Of a stretch of DNA of 64,000 bases, positions 31,192 through 41,226 are shown piece after piece. Numbering within the stretch: the stretch's first letter is position 1; every line of letters starts with the position of its first letter. A model generated the notes under the pieces. The model did no database searches. It had not been told where the DNA came from and was given only the letters and a program-made list of their open reading frames with translations. The position numbers and the translations under genes are program-made. The stretch lies in NCBI GenBank assembly GCA_019751815.1, contig JAIEMW010000001.1, positions 65,564 to 129,563 on the forward strand, given 5' to 3'. Source of the stretch: Cyanobacteriota bacterium. Lineage in GTDB: Bacteria > Cyanobacteriota > Vampirovibrionia > Vampirovibrionales > Vampirovibrionaceae.

Positions 31192-31355
31192 AAAACATCC
31201 CCGAGATTATCTTTGATGACAGAGGATGACTGAGGCTGCCAAAAAAAATCCTGCAACACAAGTTACAGGGTGGGACATAGGCTGGGTTGAAATCTATACG
31301 TGAGAATTAAGAACACTGTAAGAGAATAAAAACAAATTCAAGGCTGAAATTGCCT

Positions 31356-31385
31356 AAAAAAAACCACCCGCAGAGCGAGTGGTAT
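31356..31385 (-). terminator. rho-independent terminator for the minus-strand TPR gene
   Basis: Minus-strand CCACTCG-CTCTG-CGGGTGG hairpin followed by U9. Confidence 0.55.
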
Positions 31386-31420
31386 TAAGGTGTGTCCAGT
31401 GGAGATAAAGGTTTAAATAG

Positions 31421-31996
31421 TTACGATTTAATGAGTTTCAGCATAACTTGAGTCTCAGAAGAGCCTGAGTGACGCTTTTCCCGAAGTTCTTTGCGGATTC
31501 GTTCCAATAAAGGTCGATAGGCGGCTAGCAAAGAGCGGTAATCTTCAAGCTCTAAGTATTGCTTCGCCGTGGTTAAAACCTGTTGGGCCTCACGATATTT
31601 CTTTAAGCGAATAAGTAAGACCAGTTTTTGGTCGACGACGGTGCTAAAAAGATATTGCTTATGGGATTCAATGAGTGGAAGCGCTTGTTCACAGCAATGC
31701 AGCGCTTCTCTGTGCTGACCCAGCACATCCAATACACCGGCTTTGGAGATCAAGGCTTCTGCACAATATTGATTCAACTCTAAAGCCCGGTTTAAAACTT
31801 GTAAGGCTTCCATGTCCCGGTTCAGACAAAAAAGAATATCGCCTTTTAACACCAAGGCACGAATGTCCTGAGGTGTCAGCTCCAAGTTCTTTTCCACCAT
31901 TGCAAGGGCAGCCTCATAGTCACCCTCGTAGATGAACAAGTCACCAGCGGTCTTGAAATATCTCTCTGCAGAAAAATTCAGGACTTTATTGAGCAT
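31421..31996 (-). CDS. tetratricopeptide-repeat (TPR) protein
   Basis: Repeated A..Y...G.....A......AL motifs, e.g. EALQVLNRALELNQYCAEALISKAGVLDVLGQHREAL. Start taken at MLNKVLNF. Confidence 0.6.
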   Translation of the reverse strand: MLNKVLNFSAERYFKTAGDLFIYEGDYEAALAMVEKNLELTPQDIRALVLKGDILFCLNRDMEALQVLNRALELNQYCAEALISKAGVLDVLGQHREALHCCEQALPLIESHKQYLFSTVVDQKLVLLIRLKKYREAQQVLTTAKQYLELEDYRSLLAAYRPLLERIRKELREKRHSGSSETQVMLKLIKS

Positions 31997-32409
31997 CGGT
32001 AGTCGGGTCAAAACTCTCTTAATCCTTAGAACACAAAATGGAGAACACAAAATGAAGACGTTTTTAGAACACCAAATCAAGACGATTTTTTGTGTAAGTA
32101 GTTGTGTATCCCTCGTCCGTCCAAGTTTATCTGTACCCCACTATCCTATCAGATTGTCTGGATTTCGATTGTCACTTTTAAGGGGTAACGTAAGCAAAAC
32201 AGTGAGTTTATCAGGGGCAGAATCCTTCACAATCCCCATATGCAGATGAATGTTTACTCTCCAAACTCGTGCGTCTCCTCTTTGTTGTATTGAGGCGTTT
32301 TTTTAAAGTTTACATATGTTAATTTTTGGGCGTCTTGTTGTGGATTGTCTCTTTAGGTGCCGACAAGTTGAGTAGTTAATGAGGAGTTTTAGGCAGGAGT
32401 TTTCGGCAT

Positions 32410-34269
32410 ATGGTTATTAGGGTATCGCCAACAGTGGTCAGCTGTTTTCTGACTTTCGGCATGATATTGAGCTCGGCGTATTTTTCCCAGGCAGATGCAA
32501 CTTCACCGGTGCTGAAGGGGACTGTGACTCGCCGTGATCGTCTACCGGTAGAGACTTTTTCTAATTTTGATCCTGAAAAGATTGGTTTACCTGGTAAATT
32601 AGGTGCTAGCTCGCTTCAAAAAGCCCAAAAGCAATTATCAAAAACACAGTTACGTGCTGCAGAAGCTCAGTTTAAGGCATTAATTCGAAGAAATCCCAGA
32701 AATGTCCTGGCTCACCGGGGGCTTGGTAATACGTATTACGAGTGGACCAGTAGTTCGGACGGCACCGTTCGCCAAAATAAAGACGCACTGTTAGAGCAGG
32801 CGGCACAATCATTATTGACTTCGCTTCGCTTACGACCTCGCTATATCGATGCTGCTGTGGATCTGGCTAGAGTGTATCAGGCTCAAGGTAGAGTGGCAGA
32901 GGCAGAATCACTCATATCTGTAGCAGTCAAATGGCCAGGTGCTGCTAAGAACCCCTCTCTGCAAGAAGCCTTCGGCGCGATGTTACTGCAAAAAAATCAG
33001 GTGACTGAGGCGATGCCCCGTCTGATTCGCTCCATTCGATTAAAGAGTAGAAACCCAGTGGCCTATTATCAACTCAGTAAAGCCTATACTCAACAAGGGC
33101 AAACACACAAAGCGCTGATTGCGCTGGAAACAGCCCTCTATCAACAGCCCAACAATGCTGCGGTTTATACACAATTGGGCCGGGTTTACGCCCAGCAGGG
33201 CAATGGGGCTGCTGCTGTCAATGCATTTCAAAAAGCGCTGGCGATTAAGCCAGAATCAGAAGAAGCCTCCCGAGCCCTGATTCAATACTATCAAGCGCGT
33301 GGGGATGCGCCCCTTGCAAGCGCACTCATGAAAAACCTGCAAGAAAGCCTGCTTCAGGCCGGTGATAATGAGTCATTGGACAAGGCGGATTCGCTCACTC
33401 TGGATATTGCTAGAGAAGCCCTCAGACAAGACCAGCCTGATATTGCCCGGGCTTATTACAAGCAGTTCTTAGAAGAGCATCCCAATCAGCCTGAAGCAAC
33501 AAAGGGGATGACAGATGTTGCGATGACACAGGCGGCCAAAGAAAGAACGATGTCTCTGGCCTTTGAAGGGCATTTGGGTCGTGATGCAGCCGTTCTCGGT
33601 TATGTCGATGAAGCCTTAAGCTATCAGCCCGATCATTTGGAAGCCAAGCTGCTCCAAGCCAGGGTGTTCGGGCCTGGGGGCATGCAAAAAACAGCGTCTA
33701 ACACGCAACTCAATCAGGAAGGTGCTGGTGTGAATGCCTTGGTATCCAAAGCCTTGGCAAGACAGTCCAGAATGGAGCTCACTCAGGCAAGCCAGATATA
33801 CGCCCAAGCTGTGAGTTCTGTGAGAACTGCATCGGATTGTTTTACATTGGGTGAGCTACTGCTGACAATGGGACAGCCGACCTGGGCCTTGAAAGCCTTT
33901 GAACGCGGTGCCAAAGATCTACCACCGGATCGTGCCGCCAGTGTGAGGCTCCTGGGTGAACAAAAGGCCATGGCGCAGATGCAACAGGCCAAGCAGCGGG
34001 TGCTACAGGCTGCCCGCCTCACAGACAAAAAAGAGAATACCCAAGTTCTAAAAGATTCTCTCCTTCAAGAGGCCTTGGTTCTAGATGAAACCAATAGCCA
34101 AGCCCACTGGTTACTGGGCCAAAGCATGGAAAAGCAAAAGCGCTACGCTGAAGCCATTACTCACTATCAGGCCTATATGCAGCTTGAGCAAATTGGAGAG
34201 CAAGTCCAACGCACGCAAGAGAAAATAGCCTCTCTGGCACGCCGTCTGGCTAAATCTCAACGGGCGTAA
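32410..34269 (+). CDS. secreted TPR-repeat protein
   Basis: Signal peptide (VVSCFLTFGMILSSAYFSQA), then multiple TPR units (AYYQLSKAYTQQGQTHKALIALETALYQQPNNAAVYTQLGRVYAQQGNGAAAVNAFQKALAIKP). Confidence 0.6.
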   Translation: MVIRVSPTVVSCFLTFGMILSSAYFSQADATSPVLKGTVTRRDRLPVETFSNFDPEKIGLPGKLGASSLQKAQKQLSKTQLRAAEAQFKALIRRNPRNVLAHRGLGNTYYEWTSSSDGTVRQNKDALLEQAAQSLLTSLRLRPRYIDAAVDLARVYQAQGRVAEAESLISVAVKWPGAAKNPSLQEAFGAMLLQKNQVTEAMPRLIRSIRLKSRNPVAYYQLSKAYTQQGQTHKALIALETALYQQPNNAAVYTQLGRVYAQQGNGAAAVNAFQKALAIKPESEEASRALIQYYQARGDAPLASALMKNLQESLLQAGDNESLDKADSLTLDIAREALRQDQPDIARAYYKQFLEEHPNQPEATKGMTDVAMTQAAKERTMSLAFEGHLGRDAAVLGYVDEALSYQPDHLEAKLLQARVFGPGGMQKTASNTQLNQEGAGVNALVSKALARQSRMELTQASQIYAQAVSSVRTASDCFTLGELLLTMGQPTWALKAFERGAKDLPPDRAASVRLLGEQKAMAQMQQAKQRVLQAARLTDKKENTQVLKDSLLQEALVLDETNSQAHWLLGQSMEKQKRYAEAITHYQAYMQLEQIGEQVQRTQEKIASLARRLAKSQRA

Positions 34270-34362
34270 TTAATCTAAATTTGCCATGTTCTTGCTACAA
34301 TCAGGCCAACGTTTAACATTGGTTCTGTTCGCATTGGACCTTGCCTTAAGCAGAAAGTTTTT

Positions 34363-37098
34363 TTGATGGTAACCTCCAGTACCCATGTCTTGGAAACAGA
34401 AATACTGCCTCACGTAGCCAAACCAGGCCGTTATATTGGCTTAGAGCAGGGGACATTCAACAAATCTTTTGAAAAGGCCGCTGTGACGATGGCAGCCACC
34501 TTTCCAGAGTTATACGAGATTGGGTTTTCCAATTACGGACTCAAACTTCTCTACAGTCTCGTAAATCAACAGCCAGATTATATGTGTGACCGTGTTTATG
34601 CCCCCGCGCTCGACTTTAAAGAAGCACTGGGCAAACATCACATTCCTCTCTTTGCTGTGGAGTCCAAACAAGCACTGGTGGATTTTGATCTACTGGCCTT
34701 TTCACTCCAGTATGAACTCAATTACACCACGATCCTGGGGCTATTGGAGTCGGCCTGCATCCAGTTCCGTGCTGAGGACCGAAAAAATCCGATGCCAGAG
34801 AGACTGTGTGGGGTAAAATCCAGCTGGCCTATCCTGATTGCAGGCGGTCCTGGCAGTGCCAACCCGATGCCGCTTTCTCCTTTCTTTGACGCCTTTATTC
34901 TCGGTGACGGAGAAGAGGTACTGCTCGAGATTTTGGATTATCTCAAACAGGTCAAGGCTGAAAAGAAGTGGGATCGAGAGAGTATCCTTTCATATTTAGC
35001 CACAGTAGAAGGGATTTACGTCCCAGGGAAATCTCAAAAAGCCTATAAACGCATTGTCGATATTGCCGAAAAACCTGTTACGTTGGCCCCCTTAATCCCT
35101 ACGGTAGGGGCGGTGCACGACCGTGTAGTGGTTGAGGCCCGTCGGGGCTGTGACCGGATGTGCCGTTTTTGCCAACCCTGCTTTATTAATCTGCCGGTTC
35201 GAGAGCAGAGCATCGAAACCATCAAAGAATCTGCACTCAGGGATATCGAAAAGACAGGATACGAGGAATGTTCCCTGCTGTCTTTGTCTATCGCAGATTA
35301 CTCTTACTTTAAGCCGATGATTTTGGAAGTGGCAGACGCACTCAAGGAGAAGAATGTCTCCTTATCCCTGCCCAGCCAGAGGGCTGATCGCTTTAGTCTG
35401 GAAGTGGCGGATGCTGTCCAAAGTGTTCGTAAAAGCACGCTGACCTTTGCCCCAGAAGCCGGTACGGCCAGAATGAGGGATGTGATCAACAAGAATTTGA
35501 GTGATGAAGAGATTATGAACGCCGTAACAACCGCCTATCAGGCCGGTTGGAATAAGGTCAAGCTCTATTTTATGATTGGTCTGCCCACTGAGACCACGGC
35601 TGATCTGGACGGCATTCTGGATACGGTCCGTCGGATGAAGCAACTGTGTGCCGCTATTCGCCGGGATGAGGCAACAAACACCTTTCGGCAGAATCTGGAA
35701 GTCAATGTCACCATCTCCAATTTTGTGCCCAAGCCTCACACACCGTTTCAATGGTTCCCTCAAGACAGTCTGGCACAGTTGCACGAGAAAATTCGCTACA
35801 TCAAAGAGCAGGTGAGAGCCTCCAAAGGGTCGATGAGTGGGGTGAAGTTTAACTTTACTGACCCCGAATTGAGTAAGCTTGAAGCCTTAATCAGCAAAGG
35901 CGATAACCGTCTTGCCGATGTGATCGAGCGGGCCTATAGCAAAGGGGCCTATTTAGATGCCTGGGAGGATGTTCGTTCCTTTGACAAGTGGTTTGAATCC
36001 CTCAAAGAAGTGGGTTTGGACCCAGAAGTGCTGACACAAGAAATTTATACTGACCCTGATGACCCGCTGCCCTGGGCGCCAATTGACATGGGGCTGACGC
36101 ATGAATGGCTCAAGACAGAGTATGAGCGTGCAGTGACTGCGGCCAGTACCACGCCTTGCTTTGAAACCTGTAGTACGTGTGGGGTTTGTGCCACCTATAC
36201 GACCTGGCCAAAGTTTATTGAGACACCCAAGCATGCTGGAAATGGCCCAATCAAGCTGAAAGAGATTAAGCTGAAAGAAAAGAACCCTGCCTCAGAAAAA
36301 CGCAAACATGCCCGTTTTATCGATGTCTCTGATCGCCCCGAACAACTGCAGAAAGAGCCGGTAGTGGTGCTTCGATTGATTGTAGAGAAACGCGGACGGC
36401 TTCGCTTTATCTCGCACCTGGACTGGTTGAGAATGCTTCACCGTGTGGTTTCGCGTGCTAAATTGCCTGTTGCTTACAGCCAGGGGTTTAATCCCAAGCC
36501 CAAAATTGGATTTAGTCCCGCGCTCTCCATGTTAATGGAAAGCTCAGGTGAATTGGTGGATATTGAACTGACAGAAGCCCCCGGACAAGATCAGGTTCAC
36601 GCATTCATTGTCCTGATGAATCAATTGCTCCCTGAAGGCGGACGGATACAAGAGGGGACGGTGCTTCCCTGGCCCACTCCATCCATTGACCGATCCATTG
36701 TTGCTGTAAATTACATTGCCCGGTGGACTTGCAATGACCCTGATATAGAGGGTAAGATGAAAGAAATTGTGGCAGATTTGGCTGGTCGTTCCAGTTTGCC
36801 TGTCACGGTTCAGACCAAGCAATCGACAAAAAGTTTTGATTTAATCCCCTATCTCTCTGAATGTCGGATGGCCGATTTTCGCAGGGATGGCAGTAACGGT
36901 CTTCGGTTTTCGTTTAAAACCCGCTTCCAACCCAAGGACCCTGCGGTGTTTATCAAGCCTGATTGGTTGCTGAGTAACCTGGATCCCCAGGGGCAATGGC
37001 CCGACTTACGCTGGTCTGTCACTCGAACAGGTTTTGAACTATCTCAAAAGGCATTTACACAAGAATTTTCTGGTTTAACAAACCCCAATGACAATTAG
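34363..37098 (+). CDS. B12-binding-domain radical SAM protein (TIGR03960-type) fused to a TIGR03936/DUF2344-type C-terminal domain
   Basis: The radical-SAM cluster motif CDRMCRFCQPC (CxxxCxxC), an N-terminal B12-binding-like region and a roughly 250-aa C-terminal extension. It sits immediately upstream of RNase E. Confidence 0.75.
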   Translation: MMVTSSTHVLETEILPHVAKPGRYIGLEQGTFNKSFEKAAVTMAATFPELYEIGFSNYGLKLLYSLVNQQPDYMCDRVYAPALDFKEALGKHHIPLFAVESKQALVDFDLLAFSLQYELNYTTILGLLESACIQFRAEDRKNPMPERLCGVKSSWPILIAGGPGSANPMPLSPFFDAFILGDGEEVLLEILDYLKQVKAEKKWDRESILSYLATVEGIYVPGKSQKAYKRIVDIAEKPVTLAPLIPTVGAVHDRVVVEARRGCDRMCRFCQPCFINLPVREQSIETIKESALRDIEKTGYEECSLLSLSIADYSYFKPMILEVADALKEKNVSLSLPSQRADRFSLEVADAVQSVRKSTLTFAPEAGTARMRDVINKNLSDEEIMNAVTTAYQAGWNKVKLYFMIGLPTETTADLDGILDTVRRMKQLCAAIRRDEATNTFRQNLEVNVTISNFVPKPHTPFQWFPQDSLAQLHEKIRYIKEQVRASKGSMSGVKFNFTDPELSKLEALISKGDNRLADVIERAYSKGAYLDAWEDVRSFDKWFESLKEVGLDPEVLTQEIYTDPDDPLPWAPIDMGLTHEWLKTEYERAVTAASTTPCFETCSTCGVCATYTTWPKFIETPKHAGNGPIKLKEIKLKEKNPASEKRKHARFIDVSDRPEQLQKEPVVVLRLIVEKRGRLRFISHLDWLRMLHRVVSRAKLPVAYSQGFNPKPKIGFSPALSMLMESSGELVDIELTEAPGQDQVHAFIVLMNQLLPEGGRIQEGTVLPWPTPSIDRSIVAVNYIARWTCNDPDIEGKMKEIVADLAGRSSLPVTVQTKQSTKSFDLIPYLSECRMADFRRDGSNGLRFSFKTRFQPKDPAVFIKPDWLLSNLDPQGQWPDLRWSVTRTGFELSQKAFTQEFSGLTNPNDN

Positions 37099-37197
37099 TG
37101 AACCCGTAAACAAAGGTTGTTACAAGTTTGCCTGCTGGCTGCATAAGCCTGTAGGGATGTTTTATTAGTTTGAAATGATTTGATATCTTGATAATGA

Positions 37198-39780
37198 TTG
37201 AAAAGGATTTTATTGATTATGACGAAACGTCGGGTAATTGTGTCCGAGCGGGACAATATTGCTGCCTTGATGGAGGACGATCGGGCGGTCGAATTTATTA
37301 TTCACCGAGGAGATATTCTGCTCGGGGATGTTTATCTCGCCTCAGTTGAAAATATCTTACCCAGTATTGATGCCGCCTTTGTGAATGTGGGTGGGGACAA
37401 AATGGGGTTTTTACACTCCAGTGATGTCCAAGGTAAGGGCGATTTAACCCACCGTCTACAACCCAAACAACAATTGGTTGTTCAGGTTATGAAAGAACCT
37501 ACAGGCCACAAGGGACCTCGCGTCACCACTGATATCAGCCTGCCGGGTCGCTTCCTAGTCTTAATGCCCCAATCCAAAGGGATTAGTATTAGTCGTAAGA
37601 TCGAGCAGCAGTCTGAGCGTGCGCGACTAAAATCGGTTGTCAGCTTGATTAAGCCCCCAGGTGTGGGTGTGATCATCCGGACTGAAGCTAATTTACAATC
37701 AGAGTCTGATATCCAAGAAGATTTTGAGATCCTGATGGAGCGCTGGCAAACAGTGGTCCAAATGGCGGATACTTCGGCCCCGCCCACTTTGTTATACCGG
37801 GATCAGGATCTGCTGTACCGGGTTATTCGAGAAATTGTGACCGACGATGTCCAGGAGATTCTGGTAGACACCAATTTTGGTCAGCAACGGGCGCAACAGC
37901 TGCTGCAAAACTGGAATATGGAAAAAGGGATTAAAGTAACCGTTTACAACGGCAACCAGTCCATTCTGGTGGGCACCTCTGTTGACCGTGAGATTAAGCA
38001 AGCCTTGCAAACCAGAGTGCCACTGCCCAGTGGTGGGTATCTCTACATTCAGGCAACAGAAGCACTGACGGTCGTAGACGTGAACAGTGGAAAGTTCACG
38101 AGCTTAAAATCTCAGGCTGAGACGATTCGTCTCACCAATTTAGAGGCCACCAAAGAGATCGCCAGACAACTTCGGTTGAGAAACATTGGCGGGATGATTA
38201 TTGTCGATTTTATCGATATGGAATCCCGTGCAGACCAACTTTCGACGTTAGAAGCGTTCGAAAATGAGCTGGCACCGGATAAATCTAAGCCACAAATTGG
38301 TCAATTGTCTGATCTTGGCTTGGTTGAAATGACTCGCCACCGACAAGGACAGGCTCTGAGTGAAATTTTTACCAAAAACTGTACCGCGTGTAATGCCACG
38401 GGTCATGCGGTGGAAGAGTTCAACTGGGCGCCGCCTTCTTTGGACGGGGATCCCAGAAGCGCCTCGAGAGCTGGTAGAAACGCTTTCCCTGTGCGCCAAG
38501 TGAAACAACCCAAAGGTGCCCCCCCGCAAAGAGGCCCTGGCGGTCCAGAACGAGGTCCTGGTGGGCCAGAACGAGGACCCGGACGTCTTGCTTTAATCCA
38601 TGTCGACCCTCTGAAACAAGCGATGTCCGACGATCAACATTTGCCCAAAAGCTTGTTATTTAGGCACTTGTCAGAGGTGGCAAAAATTGCCAAAGGCCGG
38701 CCTTTGGATGCCAAACAGATTGAAGACATGTTGAAAAACAAACTGGCAGCCTTTGCTGGATTTCGATTTGCCACGGTGGCCAAAGTAGCCTATACGCCAG
38801 CCGGTGTGAACGGTATTTTGAGTCGTATTAATCCCAAATGTAATGACATTGTGACCCTGGTCCATGCGATTGAAGACGGGACAGCCATTACCTTGATGCC
38901 CCGATTGGGTGCTTCAGAAAGTGAAGAGGAAGAGCTCGACCGTGCTGAAGCATTGTCCGATGCGCTTTCCTTCCCTGGGGCGGGTGAATTTGAAGATGAT
39001 CCCAGTGATGACGATGACTCAGAAGATGAGCCTCAGGTCTTAGAAGGGACTGTGGTTCGTCGCGGCGAAGAATCTAAGCCATCGAGAAGTACGGATGGTT
39101 CTAAAACCATACGCTCAGCCCAATTAGAGCAAGACTCTGATCTGATCGACCTAGATGATGAAGATATGGACGGCGCTGACGAGGATAATCTCGCCTCGGA
39201 TCATTATTCTGATTCGGATTTGGATGAGAACGGTGATGAGGCCGACGGTCCCCGTCGTGGCGTTGCTCAAAGTGCAGCTGCTGCGGCAGCCAGCCGTGAG
39301 CGCAGTGGCGGTAGACGAAACCGCAGGCCAGGGCGTTCCGCTAAAAATAATCCGTCTTCTTTGCCAAATAATGCCCCACCCAATAGCACTTCTCGTAGCG
39401 GTGGTGTCCCTCGTGCCAGCCTGTCAGAAGATTTCCAGGTGGAAGCAACCCGTCGTCCGAGTGCCTCAACAGCCTTGTTAGACGATCTGGATCCTGATAT
39501 CGAGGCTGTATTGGATGATTACGGTCAGGCATCTCAGGAAAGCCCTAAGGCAAAACCGGAGACCGCGCGTAAGGCAACAGCCACAGGTAATCGGGCAAAA
39601 GTGGCGCCCAAGCCCAAGGCCGCCAAACTGTTTGATACTGAGGAAGTCCTTGAGATTGACGACCTCGAAATCGAGGCTTATGCTCCTACTTCCCCAGAGG
39701 CTGAAGCTGAAAAGTCTGTGCTGCCTAAAAAGATGACCCCGGCGTCTGCTAAAAAAGCGTTGCTCTCGGAAGAGGACTAG
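37198..39780 (+). CDS. rne: ribonuclease E (Rne/Rng family) with a long acidic, low-complexity C-terminal scaffold region
   Basis: N-terminal S1 and catalytic blocks (GDVYLASVENILPSIDAAFVNVGGDKMGFLH, LVVQVMKEPTGHKGPRVTTDISLPGRFLVLMP, TVVDVNSGKF). GPGGPERGPGGPERGPG repeats are present. The roughly 400-aa Asp/Glu/Ser-rich tail is unrelated to the catalytic core. Confidence 0.85.
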   Translation: MKRILLIMTKRRVIVSERDNIAALMEDDRAVEFIIHRGDILLGDVYLASVENILPSIDAAFVNVGGDKMGFLHSSDVQGKGDLTHRLQPKQQLVVQVMKEPTGHKGPRVTTDISLPGRFLVLMPQSKGISISRKIEQQSERARLKSVVSLIKPPGVGVIIRTEANLQSESDIQEDFEILMERWQTVVQMADTSAPPTLLYRDQDLLYRVIREIVTDDVQEILVDTNFGQQRAQQLLQNWNMEKGIKVTVYNGNQSILVGTSVDREIKQALQTRVPLPSGGYLYIQATEALTVVDVNSGKFTSLKSQAETIRLTNLEATKEIARQLRLRNIGGMIIVDFIDMESRADQLSTLEAFENELAPDKSKPQIGQLSDLGLVEMTRHRQGQALSEIFTKNCTACNATGHAVEEFNWAPPSLDGDPRSASRAGRNAFPVRQVKQPKGAPPQRGPGGPERGPGGPERGPGRLALIHVDPLKQAMSDDQHLPKSLLFRHLSEVAKIAKGRPLDAKQIEDMLKNKLAAFAGFRFATVAKVAYTPAGVNGILSRINPKCNDIVTLVHAIEDGTAITLMPRLGASESEEEELDRAEALSDALSFPGAGEFEDDPSDDDDSEDEPQVLEGTVVRRGEESKPSRSTDGSKTIRSAQLEQDSDLIDLDDEDMDGADEDNLASDHYSDSDLDENGDEADGPRRGVAQSAAAAAASRERSGGRRNRRPGRSAKNNPSSLPNNAPPNSTSRSGGVPRASLSEDFQVEATRRPSASTALLDDLDPDIEAVLDDYGQASQESPKAKPETARKATATGNRAKVAPKPKAAKLFDTEEVLEIDDLEIEAYAPTSPEAEAEKSVLPKKMTPASAKKALLSEED

Positions 39781-39820
39781 TCTAAAGAAAACGAGTCTAA
39801 AGATGCCTAAGGCCTTTGAA

Positions 39821-40174
39821 TTAAGGGCTCTCGCCGACGGTTAAGGCCTGCAGCCGGGAGACCGGGCGTCCGTGGATCAGATGCTCTTCGATAACTTCTG
39901 GGACATCCCCCGCTGTAACGTGATGGTACCAGATGCCGTCTGGGTAAATCAAAACGGCTGGACCAACAGCGCAGAGGCCAACAGAGCCACATGTGCTGAC
40001 AATCACAGAACCAGTCATTGTGCCCCGCTTACCGTAAAGCATCCCGCGGTCAGCAAGTTCTTTCCAAAAGCACTCCAGTGTCTCTTGGCTTTGATTGTTG
40101 CTGCATGAGCTGCCTGTGCAGACAAAAATGTGTTTTTTAAGGTGAGCTTGAGTGACGGGGACATTGTCGAGCAT
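39821..40174 (-). CDS. thioredoxin-like [2Fe-2S] ferredoxin domain protein
   Basis: HIFVCTGSSCSN...VIVSTCGSVGLCAVGPAVLIYPDGIWY shows the four-Cys pattern of the Trx-like [2Fe-2S] ferredoxin/NuoE fold. Start taken at MLDNVP. Confidence 0.6.
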   Translation of the reverse strand: MLDNVPVTQAHLKKHIFVCTGSSCSNNQSQETLECFWKELADRGMLYGKRGTMTGSVIVSTCGSVGLCAVGPAVLIYPDGIWYHHVTAGDVPEVIEEHLIHGRPVSRLQALTVGESP

Positions 40175-40206
40175 AATTGAAGTACCAGTTATCGTCGAAT
40201 GACCAG

Positions 40207-41037
40207 TTAAGGCGCGGAGGCTTCCAGGATATTTTCGATGTCTGATTGAATCTGACGGTGATTGACGGGAGAAGCTTGGTAGGCGGTGATAATTTGCCGA
40301 TGAGTGTCTAGTAATAGATACAGGGGAAAGGCATGACGGGCACTGGCATGTTGTAAAAACGTTTGTGAGTTTACCCATTTTTGATTTCCCAGAGTGTCCA
40401 GGGCGAGTGAATTGACGGTGAGCTTGCTACCGTAATGCCGGATCACAGTTTTGCTCATTGCTTTACCGGATTTTTCAATGGCGCTGCAAGCGGCCACACA
40501 GGGGGCTGGAAAAATCTGAAGCAAGGTCAGCCGGTGTTTTGGGAGTTGCGGCAGTGAGGGGGGGAGTTTTTCTAACCTGGGGAGCTTTCCTGCGGCCTGA
40601 TACGCGAGTCCGATCAGCGTGGTGCCCCTGATGTTATCGGTCATTTTACCGATGGGGCGGTGGTTTTTATCATAAAACACATAGGTTGGGGTCCCCTCAA
40701 TCTGGTAGGTAAACTGATACCGCGTTGTGTTAGGGCGGTCAATATCGAGCATGATCACGGTTAAATCTTTGCCAAGTTCTTGGGATAGCTTTTGAATAAT
40801 GGGCTCCATGGTTTGGCATGTACTACAGGTGGGGCTGTAAAAATCCAGTAGAATGGCTTTTGGCTTGGGTGATGTTTTACTCGGCTTGGCGACCAAATCA
40901 GACGGCAGTGCTGGAATAGACGCGGCTTGTGTTGCAACACTGAATATTCCCGGTAGCAGTAAGAGAGCACCTGCCGTGATGAGCAGGCAGAGTAGCCGAT
41001 GTTTGGGTTTGGGGGAGGTGTGAGCAGTGTTGGGCAA
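40207..41037 (-). CDS. secreted double thioredoxin-fold protein (TlpA/thiol-disulfide oxidoreductase-like)
   Basis: Signal peptide; first Trx domain with active site YSPTCSTCQ; second Cys pair APCVAAC in the C-terminal half. Confidence 0.6.
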   Translation of the reverse strand: MPNTAHTSPKPKHRLLCLLITAGALLLLPGIFSVATQAASIPALPSDLVAKPSKTSPKPKAILLDFYSPTCSTCQTMEPIIQKLSQELGKDLTVIMLDIDRPNTTRYQFTYQIEGTPTYVFYDKNHRPIGKMTDNIRGTTLIGLAYQAAGKLPRLEKLPPSLPQLPKHRLTLLQIFPAPCVAACSAIEKSGKAMSKTVIRHYGSKLTVNSLALDTLGNQKWVNSQTFLQHASARHAFPLYLLLDTHRQIITAYQASPVNHRQIQSDIENILEASAP

Positions 41038-41226
41038 AAAAGAATTCCTTCTAGTGAGTATGACCGGGCACGCTTGTTGATTTCTCTAGACGAGGGACTG
41101 AATTCATTTTATGATGAAATTGATAAGAAGCGCAGAAAAGCTGCGAAATAAGCGCTATCGCTTCTATACTAGGGTTTCTATATATGGGTTAATGCTTTGT
41201 TAGATATGTGTTCGTCTTAATGAGAG

